DNA from: Gammaproteobacteria bacterium
GTDB taxonomy: Bacteria > Pseudomonadota > Gammaproteobacteria > Magnimaribacterales > AG-339-G14
NCBI GenBank assembly: GCA_003331625.1
Contig: QOPF01000001.1
Coordinates: 167,474 to 231,473 of the forward strand
Length of the DNA: 64,000 nt
Direction: 5' to 3'
Made by a program: the position numbers and the translations under genes. The notes under the pieces were generated by a model. The model was not told where the DNA came from. It saw only the letters and a program-made list of their open reading frames with translations, and searched no databases. Position 1 is the stretch's first letter; every line of letters starts with the position of its first letter. Positions 16,784-28,224 of this stretch are shown in pieces.

Positions 16784-17776
16784 ATGGAAAATTTTGATGG
16801 AAAAATTGCGGTAATCACAGGCGGTGGAACCGGCATGGGAAGAGAGCTCACATATCAACTGGCAGCAGAGGGCTGTCATGTATCCATTTGCGATGTCATT
16901 GAAGAAAATATGGAAGAGACCTTCCAAGAAGCTTCAAAAAAGTTTCCCAATGTAAAAATCACTAAGCATTTATGCGACGTTTCGTCTGAAGAAGATGTCT
17001 TGCGTTTTAGAGATGAAGTTTTAGAAGAACAAGACACCGAGCATATCAATTTACTTTTTAACAACGCCGGTATTGGTGGTGGTGCAAGTTTTGTTCTTTC
17101 TGGAATAGAAGAATGGGAGAGAACTTTTAAGATTTGTTGGGACGGAGTTTATTTGTGTTCTCGAGCATTTATGGACGCCCTGCTTAAAAGTGAAGAAGGT
17201 CATATGGTCAATACCAGTAGCGTTAATGGTTTCTGGGCAACTCTCGGTCATTCCCAACCCCACACATCTTATTCTGCAGCAAAATTTGCCGTCAAAGGCT
17301 TTACCGAAGCCTTGATCAATGATTTTCGTATTAATGCACCACACCTTGGTGTATCTCTGGTAATGCCTGGACATATTGGTACTTCGATTAGTGAAAATTC
17401 TGGAAAAGTATTGGGACAAAAAGACATAGCTGATCTAAATGATGAAGAACTTCAAGAAATGAAAGATAGATGGATTAAAGTTGGTGCGCCAGTACATAAC
17501 CTATCTCTAGAAATGTTTCGTGAGTCGGTCATGAATAGACAAAAAGATTTCAAAGAAAAAGCCATTACTTCTGCTGAAGCTGCAGCTAAAGTAATTTTGG
17601 ATGGCGTCAAAGCCAAAGAGTGGCGGATTCTTATCGGCCCCGATGCAAAAGCTTTAGATAGAAGGGTTAGAGAGAACCCAGAAAAAGCATATGATCATGA
17701 TTTTCTACCCATGAGAGATGACAGTCACTTCAATTTAATGAAGCAACTTAAAAATCTCTCTGAAGAAGAAAATTAG
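16784..17776 (+). CDS. Short-chain dehydrogenase/reductase (SDR) family oxidoreductase with C-terminal extension
   Basis: 330 aa with the Rossmann motif AVITGGGTGMG, NNAG, and the catalytic YSAAK. Confidence 0.8.
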   Translation: MENFDGKIAVITGGGTGMGRELTYQLAAEGCHVSICDVIEENMEETFQEASKKFPNVKITKHLCDVSSEEDVLRFRDEVLEEQDTEHINLLFNNAGIGGGASFVLSGIEEWERTFKICWDGVYLCSRAFMDALLKSEEGHMVNTSSVNGFWATLGHSQPHTSYSAAKFAVKGFTEALINDFRINAPHLGVSLVMPGHIGTSISENSGKVLGQKDIADLNDEELQEMKDRWIKVGAPVHNLSLEMFRESVMNRQKDFKEKAITSAEAAAKVILDGVKAKEWRILIGPDAKALDRRVRENPEKAYDHDFLPMRDDSHFNLMKQLKNLSEEEN

Positions 17777-17781
17777 AAAAT

Positions 17782-18822
<1,041 letters not shown>

Positions 18823-18827
18823 CTAAA

Positions 18828-19340
18828 TTAATCGTAAGATATTTTGGTTTGATCATTGGTCGCCAAGGACTCACTACCTCTTGTCACGCCTAATGTACCA
18901 GACCTTGTAACTTCTAAAAATTCTTCTTTTTTAAGGATAGCTAATAATTCTTCTATCACTTTTGTATCACCCAAAACTTTAAAGATAGTGAAATCTTCTT
19001 TTTCATCAAGAATCTCATTTTCCAAAGAGATATCTTGAAGAATCTTTTGAACATCGAATTTAGATTTCTTTAATTTTATTAAGGCTAGCTCCATAGCCAA
19101 AGAATCCACTTCACTTAAATTTTGAACCATTACAACATCAACCAATTTATATAGCTGTTTAAGAATTTGATTAATGTCTGCTCCTTCTTCACCAATGGTC
19201 ATAGTTAATCGCGAAAGAGTCTCATCTTGCGTAGGTGCTACCGAAAGTGAATCAATGTTGTAACCTCTTTGAGAAAACAAGCCAATGACTCTAGACAAGG
19301 CGCCCGGCTGATTCTCAAGTAATAAGGCTATATGATTCAT
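18828..19340 (-). CDS. ilvH: Acetolactate synthase small (regulatory) subunit
   Basis: 170 aa with ACT-domain N-terminus LLLENQPGALSRVIGLFSQRGYNIDSLSV. ATGA overlap with the large subunit gene. Confidence 0.9.
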   Translation of the reverse strand: MNHIALLLENQPGALSRVIGLFSQRGYNIDSLSVAPTQDETLSRLTMTIGEEGADINQILKQLYKLVDVVMVQNLSEVDSLAMELALIKLKKSKFDVQKILQDISLENEILDEKEDFTIFKVLGDTKVIEELLAILKKEEFLEVTRSGTLGVTRGSESLATNDQTKISYD

Positions 19341-21079
19341 TCAAAAGTTTTTATTGTTTTGCTCAAATACATTTCAGACATATCTCCCCCTGCTTTTAAC
19401 ATGGGGTAAACATGTTCATCTGGATCAACATATACATCAAGAAAAACTAATTTATCTTTCAAAGAAAAACATTCTTCCATAGCATCATTCAATTCCGAAA
19501 GTTTTTCTACTTTCATTCCAACGTGTCCATAAGACTCAGCTAATTTTATAAAATCTGGTAAAGAATCCTCATAGGATATGCTTGAATATCTTCCACCGTA
19601 CTGCATGTCTTGCCACTGTTTAACCATTCCAAGTGCCCTATTATTCAAATTAATAATCTTTATCGGTAAGCCATATTGACCACAAGTTGATAATTCTTGG
19701 ATGCACATTTGGATACTGCCTTCTCCAGTAATACAAGCAACGGTTTCATCAGGAAACGCAAATTTGACTCCCATTGCAGCAGGCAGACCAAAGCCCATTG
19801 TTCCCAAGCCACCAGAATTTATCCATTTTCTTGGCTCATTAAAATGATAATACTGTGCCGCAAACATTTGGTGCTGCCCAACATCAGAAGTAACATATGC
19901 TTTTCCACCAGTTGCTTTATATGCCGATTGAATTACTTGTTGAGGCAAAATTATGTCGCTTTTACTTTCTTGATTTAACATGTCGTGATTCAAGCCATGT
20001 TCTTTTCGCCATTTTAAAGCTTTCTGCATCCAAGGTTGAAATTTAGAACTATCAAAATTCATTTTTTCTAATTGATTATTTATTTGAGCAATAACCTCTT
20101 TTGCATTTCCAGTCATTGCTAAATCAACATCAATGATTTTATCAATTGAGGATGGATCTGAATCAATATGTATCTTTTTAGCTTGTAAACCAAATTTATT
20201 GGGATTGTTGGTAATTCGGTCATCAAATCTAGCCCCAACAGCCATTATTAGGTCTGCCTCATGCATAACCATATTTGCTTCATAGGTTCCATGCATACCA
20301 AGCATTCCAATAAATTGTTCATCTGAAGCTGGATAAACCCCCAAGCCCATTAATGTATTCGTCACTGGGCATCCCATCAATTTACCTAATTTAAAGACTT
20401 CTGCAGCAGCATTTGCATTAATAGCCCCTCCTCCTGCATAGATAACTGGACGCTCAGCTTCTGTAAGTAATTTTGCAGCTTTTTCAATGTCAGAAGTATC
20501 CGCTTTATCGTAAAGTGCAAAAGATCTTAAGTACAAATCCGAAGGAAACTTATATTCAAATTTCTCATTGGGATCAGTTAGGTTTTTGGGCACATCTATA
20601 ACCACTGGACCTGGACGACCAGTTGTTGCTATGTGAAAAGCTTTTTTAACAATAACTGGAATATCTTCAGCTTTTTGAACTAAAAAACTGTGTTTCACAA
20701 TTGGTCTTGAGATTCCCATCATGTCTGTTTCTTGAAAAGCGTCCGTACCAATTAAATGATTTGCTACTTGACCTGAAATGACAACCAAAGGAATAGAATC
20801 CATGTACGCAGTTGCAATACCAGTTATGGCATTAGTAGCACCAGGTCCTGAAGTAACCAAGCAAACACCCGGTCTTCCTGTTGCTCGTGCATAACCATCT
20901 GCAGCATGAGTAGCTGCTTGTTCGTGTCTAACTAGAATATGTTGAACGCGATTTTGTTGATAGATTGCATCATAAATATGCAAAGCAGCACCTCCGGGAT
21001 AACCGAACATGATTTCAACGTTTTCGTCAGCTAAAGCTTTAATTAAAGCTTCGCCACCTGATGTCATTTCTTTTGTCAT
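19337..21079 (-). CDS. ilvI: Acetolactate synthase large (catalytic) subunit
   Basis: 580 aa. ThDP-enzyme motifs include GYPGGA, GPGATN and GLGTMGFGLPAAMG. Confidence 0.95.
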   Translation of the reverse strand: MTKEMTSGGEALIKALADENVEIMFGYPGGAALHIYDAIYQQNRVQHILVRHEQAATHAADGYARATGRPGVCLVTSGPGATNAITGIATAYMDSIPLVVISGQVANHLIGTDAFQETDMMGISRPIVKHSFLVQKAEDIPVIVKKAFHIATTGRPGPVVIDVPKNLTDPNEKFEYKFPSDLYLRSFALYDKADTSDIEKAAKLLTEAERPVIYAGGGAINANAAAEVFKLGKLMGCPVTNTLMGLGVYPASDEQFIGMLGMHGTYEANMVMHEADLIMAVGARFDDRITNNPNKFGLQAKKIHIDSDPSSIDKIIDVDLAMTGNAKEVIAQINNQLEKMNFDSSKFQPWMQKALKWRKEHGLNHDMLNQESKSDIILPQQVIQSAYKATGGKAYVTSDVGQHQMFAAQYYHFNEPRKWINSGGLGTMGFGLPAAMGVKFAFPDETVACITGEGSIQMCIQELSTCGQYGLPIKIINLNNRALGMVKQWQDMQYGGRYSSISYEDSLPDFIKLAESYGHVGMKVEKLSELNDAMEECFSLKDKLVFLDVYVDPDEHVYPMLKAGGDMSEMYLSKTIKTFE

Positions 21080-21153
21080 ATTTGTCTACTAGATAGAAGG
21101 AAAAACCATTAAGGGAGCGAATTTTGACAGCCCTATTTAGCAAGTCAAGAGAA

Positions 21154-22107
21154 TTATGTCTGCTCTATAAGGTTTTCCTTGAGTTTAAGAAGGTCATTGG
21201 GTAATTTTGAGTTAAAAACAATATTTTTTTTTGTTTTAGGATTAAAAAAAGATAGTTGAACAGCATGTAAAGCCTGTCTTGGAAAGATTTCAATAATTTC
21301 TCTCAATTTTTGATGAGTATTTTTAGCAAACCTTCTTCTTCTGCCATATAAAGGATCACCAATCAATGGATATCCTAAGTAATTCATATGAACTCTAATT
21401 TGATGAGTTCGGCCTGTTTCCAAGGTGACTTGGATATGAGAATAAGAACCAAAAGTTTGTAAAACTTTAAAGTGCGAAACAGCTTCTTTACCAGTAGTTC
21501 TGATCGCTTGTTTCTGTCTATTCTGAGGATGTCTTCCTATTGGGGCATCTACTTTTCCTGATTTATCAATTTTTCCAACTGTAAATGCTTCATAAACTCT
21601 TTTCGCAGAACGATTTGAAATTTGATTTGATAAATCACTAAAAGACTTTTCATTTCTAGCAACAACCATCAGACCGGAAGTGTCTTTATCAAGTCTATGA
21701 ACAATTCCAGCTCTCGGTAACTTTTTTAGCTCTGGAAAACTGTGAAGCAATGCATTTAGAAGAGTGCCAGATTTATTTCCTGCTCCGGGATGAACCACAA
21801 GGCCGGGAGGTTTTTCAATTACTACAAAATCTTCATTTTCTTCTGATAAATTTAGTCTAATCTTTTCAGGTAAATCATCAGTTAAATTTTCTTCAGGAAC
21901 ATTCAGCTCTAATTTAGATGGAAAGACTAGCTTTTGACTGGCCTTTTTAATAATTTGGCGATTAACAGATACATATCCATTTTCTAGCCATTTTTTTAAT
22001 TTGCTCCTTGAGTATTCAGGAAAAGTTTCTGCCAGTGTTATGTCTAAGCGTTTATTGGCTAAGTTTTCAGAAATATCTTTAGATATTAAATTATTCTTCT
22101 TAATCAT
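21154..22107 (-). CDS. rluD: 23S rRNA pseudouridine synthase RluD
   Basis: 317 aa with an S4 domain at the N-terminus, catalytic HRLDKDTSGL and GRTHQIRVH. Divergent from bamD, as in other gammaproteobacteria. Confidence 0.9.
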   Translation of the reverse strand: MIKKNNLISKDISENLANKRLDITLAETFPEYSRSKLKKWLENGYVSVNRQIIKKASQKLVFPSKLELNVPEENLTDDLPEKIRLNLSEENEDFVVIEKPPGLVVHPGAGNKSGTLLNALLHSFPELKKLPRAGIVHRLDKDTSGLMVVARNEKSFSDLSNQISNRSAKRVYEAFTVGKIDKSGKVDAPIGRHPQNRQKQAIRTTGKEAVSHFKVLQTFGSYSHIQVTLETGRTHQIRVHMNYLGYPLIGDPLYGRRRRFAKNTHQKLREIIEIFPRQALHAVQLSFFNPKTKKNIVFNSKLPNDLLKLKENLIEQT

Positions 22108-22132
22108 GATTACAGAATGATAAACTTATTTG

Positions 22133-22903
22133 ATGAAATTTTATTCGAATCTTTGTATTTATTTACTGTTAATTGTCTTAGTGAGCTGTGCCACTCAAAA
22201 AGAAAAAAAAACCACAACTCCTGCTATGCAGGAAAAAGAAATTTATGATCAATCTCAAGAGAGAATAAAAGCTGGCAACTACTCTTTAGCTATTACTTCA
22301 CTTGAATTGCTAGAAAAAAGATTTCCCTTTGGAAAATATGCTGAACAAGCTCAAGCTGAGTTGATTTATGTTTATTATGAAAATCGTCTCTATGAGTCCA
22401 CAGTAATAGCAGCTGAAAGATTTATTAGCCTTCATCCACGACATCCTAATACCGACTACGCCTATTTTATGAAAGGGCTTGCTAAATTTTCCAAAGAAAA
22501 AGAATTGCTAAGCTCTGTTCCTATCTTGGGCGAATTGACCTTTAAAAGAGATTTAACATCTGCTAAAGAATCTTTCGATGAGTTAACTGATTTTATATCA
22601 AGATTTCCTGAGAGTTCCTATGTTGGAGACGCTAAAAGAAGAATGGTTTTTTTAAGGAATCTTATCGCAAAACAAGAAATAGGTATCGCTGAATTCTACA
22701 TAGAGAGAAAAGCTTACATTGCAGCAGTATCAAGAGCAGATTACATAATCTCAAATCTGCCTAATTCTCCAGTCGTAAGAAAAGCCCTTGAAATCAAGGT
22801 TCAAGCCTATAACTTAATGGGTAAAAAAGATTTAGAAAAGCAAGCCGCTGATGTTTTAACAAAATTTAATGAGGCCTCAGCTAAAGAAGAAACTAATTCT
22901 TAA
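22133..22903 (+). CDS. bamD: Outer-membrane protein assembly factor BamD (lipoprotein)
   Basis: Lipobox LIVLVSC|A and TPR-like repeats. rluD-bamD synteny. I prefer ATG at 22133 over the TTG at 22130 used in the ORF track. Confidence 0.85.
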   Translation: MKFYSNLCIYLLLIVLVSCATQKEKKTTTPAMQEKEIYDQSQERIKAGNYSLAITSLELLEKRFPFGKYAEQAQAELIYVYYENRLYESTVIAAERFISLHPRHPNTDYAYFMKGLAKFSKEKELLSSVPILGELTFKRDLTSAKESFDELTDFISRFPESSYVGDAKRRMVFLRNLIAKQEIGIAEFYIERKAYIAAVSRADYIISNLPNSPVVRKALEIKVQAYNLMGKKDLEKQAADVLTKFNEASAKEETNS

Positions 22904-22905
22904 AA

Positions 22906-23103
22906 ATGTTTTTAAAAATTTTTGTCGTGCTAGCTTTTGTTGGCACTCTTTTAGGTATAGCAAGGTTACTTAAGCAAGAAGAAGTAGATTTAGATAATCA
23001 AAATAAAGAGTTAGTTAAATGTTCCTCTTGCGGTGATTACCTTCCTAAGAAGTCTGCAAAACTTAAAGAAGGAAATTTATTTTGTCAGAGATGTGAAATT
23101 TAG
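22906..23103 (+). CDS. Small membrane-anchored zinc-ribbon protein (PP0621-like)
   Basis: 65 aa with an N-terminal TM helix and a C-terminal CSSC...CQRC. Sitting directly after bamD matches my recollection of the PP0621 family context; this is unverified. Confidence 0.55.
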   Translation: MFLKIFVVLAFVGTLLGIARLLKQEEVDLDNQNKELVKCSSCGDYLPKKSAKLKEGNLFCQRCEI

Positions 23104-25421
23104 AATTTATACCTTATTTTAACGATAAATTTGTCCAGAGTTTGCTCATTCCAAGCATTTGAATAAAGGCCATCAAAAGATTGTCTTAAAGCGCCCGATG
23201 ATTTGCCGCCTCTTGTATAAACAACATATAAATTAGATAAGGGTGAAAATTCATACTTATATCTAATTTGAAAAGCAGTTTCAGATAATTGAAACGCATT
23301 GATGGTGTCTTCAGCTGACGCCATATAACCTGATGAATCTACTCGGTATGCCCTAGGATTATTTGCTTTAAGACCATAAATATAGGCTTTCAGCCTAAAT
23401 TCTTGGTTGTTACCAAAAAACCAGTCTAGATTTATTCCAGATGAGATCATTTCTTTTTCATAATAGCCAAAAAGATTATCTTTTTGCCAAACACTCCAAT
23501 CTGTCTCCTTCATGTATTCAAAAAAATCAAGAGAAACTCTAAATTCACTTGAGGTGGTAAGAATCAGTCCTAGTCCCAAGCTAAAATCATCATTTCTTAA
23601 ACTAGAATTAGAATCATTTGTATCATAACCTCCGGTGCCATACCCAATTTTATAATAAGGACGTATTTTATTTGTTCTAGGAGAAAAATATGATGCTTTA
23701 ATTTTATAATTAGATAGATTTTCTATAAAGGGAGCGCCCGCAAATTTTCTTGTTTCAGTAAAATCCTTCCCCCTTAAGACAGAACATTCGCATTCAATGT
23801 TTATGTAAGAATTATCTCTTAAATACAACTCCAACTTTGTATTGAAGCCTATGCCATTTCCGTAACCATCAATAGATCTGTTATGGCCACCATTTATACT
23901 GAAAACTGTTTGGGAAATCGTTGAATTTTTATCTTCACTTGGTTTTATGTATTGTAAATATCCACCTAACATTATTTTGTTAAATTCTTCAATGTAGCCC
24001 ATATCATTAATGTTGAAGTCTTCATCTAAATAATTGATTGCCCACAAAACAAATAGTCGATCCGAAAAACTATTTGTGACAACAACTCTTGCACCTGTTC
24101 CGGTTGTATCTTTTAAGCCGTCTTTTATATTTGCCTGACTCAGCCAACCATAAACTCTAGTGGGAGAAGTGGGCTTGAAGTCAAAATCTATAGCATGAAC
24201 GTAAGCTTCCCTGTTGATTGAAGGACGATCTACGGCTGTAACCATATAGCCAACCTTCCCGTTAGCACCATCTATGTTTCTTCGATATCTACCTGCAAAA
24301 AAATCTCTACCTGAAGAAAATTGTGAATTTGATTCGAATGCGGAAAAAAAGCCAAACTCATTTTCTTTCGATTTTTGGGTATATCTCAGAGCAACATCAA
24401 TATCAGTAGAATCTATTAAGCTATTTTCACACTCGCCTTTCAGAGTTTCATTTGTTGAAGAACACTTATCTGGAATACCTCCAATTCTTCTCGTATTAAT
24501 AAAGTGCAAGTTCCAGCCTGTAATTTGAAACAAAGTTTGATTCTCAGTAAAAAAAGGTCTTTTGTCAGGATAGTAAGTTTCAATAGCAGAAAAATTAACA
24601 ATCAGATCATCGCTTTCTACTTGTCCAAAATCAGGATTAAGGGATACATCTAATTTAGATTCAGAATTTATGTCCCAAAAAATTTCTCCACCATAGTTAA
24701 TGCTTCTATTATTTTCTATGAAATTATTTGTAAGACTTAAGTAGGGAAAATAATCTACTCGAGAAGGAGAGATATTGGTAGGATTTTTTACCTTTAGAGG
24801 AAAGAATCTTGATAGAAAAGGTGATTGCATGCCCCATAAACCAGGAAAATTGAAGAATTTGTTTTCCTTTTGATGCCTTCTCATTATTGATACTTTAATT
24901 TCTCTTTCTTCTCCTTCGACAATATTCATCGGAGCAACTTCCCAAGGAATAAAAATTTCTGAGTACCAAGCATCTTGCGATTGAGATGTTTTGCCATACC
25001 AAATAGCATCCCAACTTTCAGAAAATTCATTTTCGTTTGTCCAAATAGCGTCTCTCAAAGTATCGCCTAAAGTTATTGCAAATTCATAACCTACGTTTGC
25101 GTTTCCATCAAAATCAATGATGATGAAGTTTCTATCTGCATCGACGAACCATTTATCTCTCGGATGCTTAAGGGGAGAATGACTTAAAATAGGTTGTACA
25201 TTTTTTATCCCAAAATAAATTCCTTTTTCATCAGAGAAAAATTTAACCTCAGTTTTATAATCTGGGATGGATTTATTATTTGGATAGACCGTCAAAAAAT
25301 CAGAAACAACTTTTGCCTGATTCCATTCAGGTTCGTCTAATTTTCCATCAATTATCAAAGAAGCACTGATTAAATTCGACGTAAAAAGTAAAATTAAAAA
25401 AAATTTATAGATAATTTTCAT
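23100..25421 (-). CDS. Large secreted/outer-membrane protein, CBM9-like N-terminal domain plus DUF5916-like beta-rich region
   Basis: 773 aa with a signal peptide. IIDGKLDEPEWNQA resembles the carbohydrate-binding-family-9/DOMON-like start. The C-terminus ends ...VKIRYKF, an aromatic terminal residue typical of beta-barrels. Confidence 0.6.
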   Translation of the reverse strand: MKIIYKFFLILLFTSNLISASLIIDGKLDEPEWNQAKVVSDFLTVYPNNKSIPDYKTEVKFFSDEKGIYFGIKNVQPILSHSPLKHPRDKWFVDADRNFIIIDFDGNANVGYEFAITLGDTLRDAIWTNENEFSESWDAIWYGKTSQSQDAWYSEIFIPWEVAPMNIVEGEEREIKVSIMRRHQKENKFFNFPGLWGMQSPFLSRFFPLKVKNPTNISPSRVDYFPYLSLTNNFIENNRSINYGGEIFWDINSESKLDVSLNPDFGQVESDDLIVNFSAIETYYPDKRPFFTENQTLFQITGWNLHFINTRRIGGIPDKCSSTNETLKGECENSLIDSTDIDVALRYTQKSKENEFGFFSAFESNSQFSSGRDFFAGRYRRNIDGANGKVGYMVTAVDRPSINREAYVHAIDFDFKPTSPTRVYGWLSQANIKDGLKDTTGTGARVVVTNSFSDRLFVLWAINYLDEDFNINDMGYIEEFNKIMLGGYLQYIKPSEDKNSTISQTVFSINGGHNRSIDGYGNGIGFNTKLELYLRDNSYINIECECSVLRGKDFTETRKFAGAPFIENLSNYKIKASYFSPRTNKIRPYYKIGYGTGGYDTNDSNSSLRNDDFSLGLGLILTTSSEFRVSLDFFEYMKETDWSVWQKDNLFGYYEKEMISSGINLDWFFGNNQEFRLKAYIYGLKANNPRAYRVDSSGYMASAEDTINAFQLSETAFQIRYKYEFSPLSNLYVVYTRGGKSSGALRQSFDGLYSNAWNEQTLDKFIVKIRYKF

Positions 25422-25425
25422 ATTT

Positions 25426-25881
25426 TTATAAATACTTACCGTCTTGGTATATCAAAGGATTTGTTATCCCGGAATGTTTGATATTTTCGATTTCTCCAAT
25501 TATTAACGAATGCGAATATATGGGGATTATTTTCTTACATTTACAAAAAAGATTAGACTGAGCATTTTTTAGGAAGGGAATTTCAGACATTTCCCAATCT
25601 GGATGATCGAATCTAACATCTCCTTCTTCAGCACCACTACAAATTTCTGCGATCTCTGCTTGATTAGATGAAAGAAGATTAAGAGAGAATTTAGTTTCCA
25701 AAGTTAAGAGATCATGCAAGCTTGCATCTTGATTGACGCTTACAGCCATTGACATTGGTTCTAGTGAAACTGAAAAAACTGAAGAAACAGTCATCGCTTG
25801 GCGTTTTTCTTCATTTTTTGCAGCTACAACAAAAACATTTTGTTTTGTAGTTCTTAAAACTTCTAGAAATTTTTCTTTCAA
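25426..25881 (-). CDS. Flavin reductase-like domain protein
   Basis: 151 aa. QAMTVSSVFSVSLEPMSMAVSV matches the conserved flavin-reductase-domain strand (mTvSSf.SvSl.PP). Confidence 0.65.
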   Translation of the reverse strand: MKEKFLEVLRTTKQNVFVVAAKNEEKRQAMTVSSVFSVSLEPMSMAVSVNQDASLHDLLTLETKFSLNLLSSNQAEIAEICSGAEEGDVRFDHPDWEMSEIPFLKNAQSNLFCKCKKIIPIYSHSLIIGEIENIKHSGITNPLIYQDGKYL

Positions 25882-25939
25882 GGGTAACTTTTGATAAATT
25901 TAAAAACAGATTATCTCATGTATTATCACAAATTAAACA

Positions 25940-26518
25940 ATGAAAGAAAAAAAAGGCGAGATTAGAATAATTTCAGGAAAGTGGAAAGGGAAAAAAATAC
26001 TTTTTAATTTAAGTAGTGATTTGAGACCGACGCCTGACCGAGCTAAAGAAACTTTATTTAACTGGCTTGGTCAAGATTTAAAAAATTTAGATTGTCTTGA
26101 TCTTTTTTCTGGTACTGGTGCATTGGGTTTGGAAGCTCTATCTAGAGGAGCTAGAAAAATTACTTTTGTTGAAAAGAAAAAAAGTTATCTTCAAGAAATA
26201 AAAAAAATTATTTCGGATATGGGTGAAATTAAGAAATGTGATTTTTTTTTGGAAGACTGCGTTAAATGGGTAGAAAATTTTCAACTCGAAGGAGCATATG
26301 ATCTTGTATTTATTGATCCCCCTTTTAAAAAAAATTTAATTTATAAGCTATTGGAAAATCTAATTCAAAAAAAAATACTAGTTGATAAAGGAAGAATATA
26401 TTTTGAATACGAAAAGGTTTTAGAGCTTAAACTACCTGGGACAGTAACAATTTTGAAGGAAAAAAATCTAGGAAAAAAAAGTTACGTGTTAGCTGAAATT
26501 ACTTACCCTTCTTCATAG
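25940..26518 (+). CDS. rsmD: 16S rRNA (guanine966-N2)-methyltransferase RsmD
   Basis: 192 aa with [34 protein letters not shown] and the catalytic FIDPPF. Confidence 0.85.
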   Translation: MKEKKGEIRIISGKWKGKKILFNLSSDLRPTPDRAKETLFNWLGQDLKNLDCLDLFSGTGALGLEALSRGARKITFVEKKKSYLQEIKKIISDMGEIKKCDFFLEDCVKWVENFQLEGAYDLVFIDPPFKKNLIYKLLENLIQKKILVDKGRIYFEYEKVLELKLPGTVTILKEKNLGKKSYVLAEITYPSS

Positions 26519-27761
26519 ACTCAAAAAAGGCACTATTTGTTTTGTGCTTACTTAATTTATCTATTAGCCAATCGGTAGCATCAATATCATCCATCTCATG
26601 CAAGAGTTTTCTAAGAATATTTATTCGTGCCAATTCAGCATCTTCAGTAATAAGTTCTTCTCTTCTAGTCCCAGATCTCCTTATATTGATTGCTGGAAAG
26701 ACTCTTTTTTCTGCAATTGACCTATCCAGATGTATTTCTTGGTTACCAGTTCCTTTAAATTCTTCAAAAATTACTTCATCCATTCTTGAACCTGTATCAA
26801 TTAAAGCAGTAGCTATTATGGTTAGACTTCCTCCACCCTCTATATTTCTTGCTGCTCCAAAAAATCTTTTCGGTTTTTCTAAAGCATTAGCATCAACTCC
26901 TCCGGTTAATATTTTTCCAGAAGCTGCTTGAGTGGAATTGTAAGCTCTAGCCAATCTTGTAATTGAATCCAATAATATGATGACATCATTCTTCTTTTCA
27001 ACAAGTCTTTTCGCTTTAGCAATAACCATTTCCGCAACTTGAACATGTCGAGAAGGAGGTTCATCAAAAGTACTAGCCACTACTTCTCCTCTGACAGATC
27101 GCCTCATATCCGTTACTTCTTCAGGTCTCTCATCAACCAATAGGACCATTAATTTACTTTCAGGACTATTTTTTTCAATTGAATGTGCAATGGATTGCAT
27201 AAGTAAGGTTTTTCCTGCTTTAGGAGGAGAAACAATCAAGCCTCTTTGGCCTTTACCAGTTGGAGAAACTAGATCGATTATTCTTGCAGATAAATCTTCT
27301 GTTGTACCATTACCAGATTCCATAATGATTCTTTCTTCTGGAAACAAAGGAGTAAGGTTTTCAAATGCAACTTTGTTTTTTGTTTTATCAGTAGGCTCAA
27401 AATTAATTTGATCAATTTTTAACAAAGCAAAATATCTTTCACCATCTTTGGGTGGTCTGATATTACCCGAAATTGAATCTCCAGTTTTTAATCCGAATCT
27501 TCTAATTTGACTAGGAGAAACATAAATATCATCTGGGCCTGCTAAATAAGATGAGGAAGGAGATCTAAGAAAGCCAAAACCATCGTTAAGAGTTTCGAGA
27601 ACACCCTCTCCTTCGATATCCTCTCCTCCATTAGAGTGTGTTTTCAGAATATTAAAGATAACGTCCTGCTTTTTTTGACGAGACACATTTTCAATGCCCA
27701 TACCCTCAGCAATAGTGAGTAATTCTTCGACTGGTTTTGCTTTAAGTTCCCCTAAATGCAT
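26499..27761 (-). CDS. rho: Transcription termination factor Rho
   Basis: 420 aa with an N-terminal RNA-binding domain (GFGFLR), Walker A PPKAGKT and a highly conserved C-terminal ATPase. Confidence 0.97.
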   Translation of the reverse strand: MHLGELKAKPVEELLTIAEGMGIENVSRQKKQDVIFNILKTHSNGGEDIEGEGVLETLNDGFGFLRSPSSSYLAGPDDIYVSPSQIRRFGLKTGDSISGNIRPPKDGERYFALLKIDQINFEPTDKTKNKVAFENLTPLFPEERIIMESGNGTTEDLSARIIDLVSPTGKGQRGLIVSPPKAGKTLLMQSIAHSIEKNSPESKLMVLLVDERPEEVTDMRRSVRGEVVASTFDEPPSRHVQVAEMVIAKAKRLVEKKNDVIILLDSITRLARAYNSTQAASGKILTGGVDANALEKPKRFFGAARNIEGGGSLTIIATALIDTGSRMDEVIFEEFKGTGNQEIHLDRSIAEKRVFPAINIRRSGTRREELITEDAELARINILRKLLHEMDDIDATDWLIDKLSKHKTNSAFFESMKKGK

Positions 27762-27860
27762 ATTAATAAAATATTGTAATAATTAAGATTAAAGGTGTTT
27801 CCACCGGAAGTAGGAATGAAATGTATCACTATAAAAAAAGGTAGTCTAGTTTTTTAGAAA

Positions 27861-28184
27861 TTAAATGTGTTCGTTTATAAAATCTTTAAGTTGATTTTTA
27901 GTCAATGCACCCACTCTTTGATCGACTGGGTTTCCGTCTTTGAAAAGAATTAAAGTTGGAATACTCATAACGTTTTGTTTGGCTGCAGAGTCTCTGTTTG
28001 AATCAACATCAATTTTGCCTATTGTAATTTTACCTTCTAATTCCTCTGCAAGTTCTTCTAGAACTGGGGCAACCATTTTACAAGGACCGCACCATTCAGC
28101 CCAATAATCTACTAGCACAGGAGTCGAAGAACTTAATAAAGTTTCTTCGAAATTTGAATCAGTTAATTCTATGGGTTTTGACAT
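27861..28184 (-). CDS. trxA: Thioredoxin
   Basis: 107 aa with the WCGPC active site. trxA-rho adjacency. Confidence 0.95.
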   Translation of the reverse strand: MSKPIELTDSNFEETLLSSSTPVLVDYWAEWCGPCKMVAPVLEELAEELEGKITIGKIDVDSNRDSAAKQNVMSIPTLILFKDGNPVDQRVGALTKNQLKDFINEHI

Positions 28185-28224
28185 TGTTCAATTATGAGGT
28201 CGAAAAAAAATAAAACAAGTACTT

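Noticed and set aside
17051-17419. 122-aa minus-strand ORF inside the SDR gene (plus 16739-16927 and 16876-17064)
   Set aside because: These are antisense to a gene with clear SDR motifs. No recognisable domains. Shadow ORFs.
26542-26931. 129-aa ORF on the + strand inside rho
   Set aside because: It lies entirely antisense to one of the most conserved genes in the window. The product is low-complexity and Ser/Ile/Leu-rich, with no start context. This is a typical shadow ORF.
27762-27860. Possible leader peptide, attenuator or small ORF in the 99-bp trxA-rho gap
   Set aside because: The only frame is about 25 codons from a GTG with no RBS, and it runs out of frame into rho. No convincing hairpin/terminator pair was seen.
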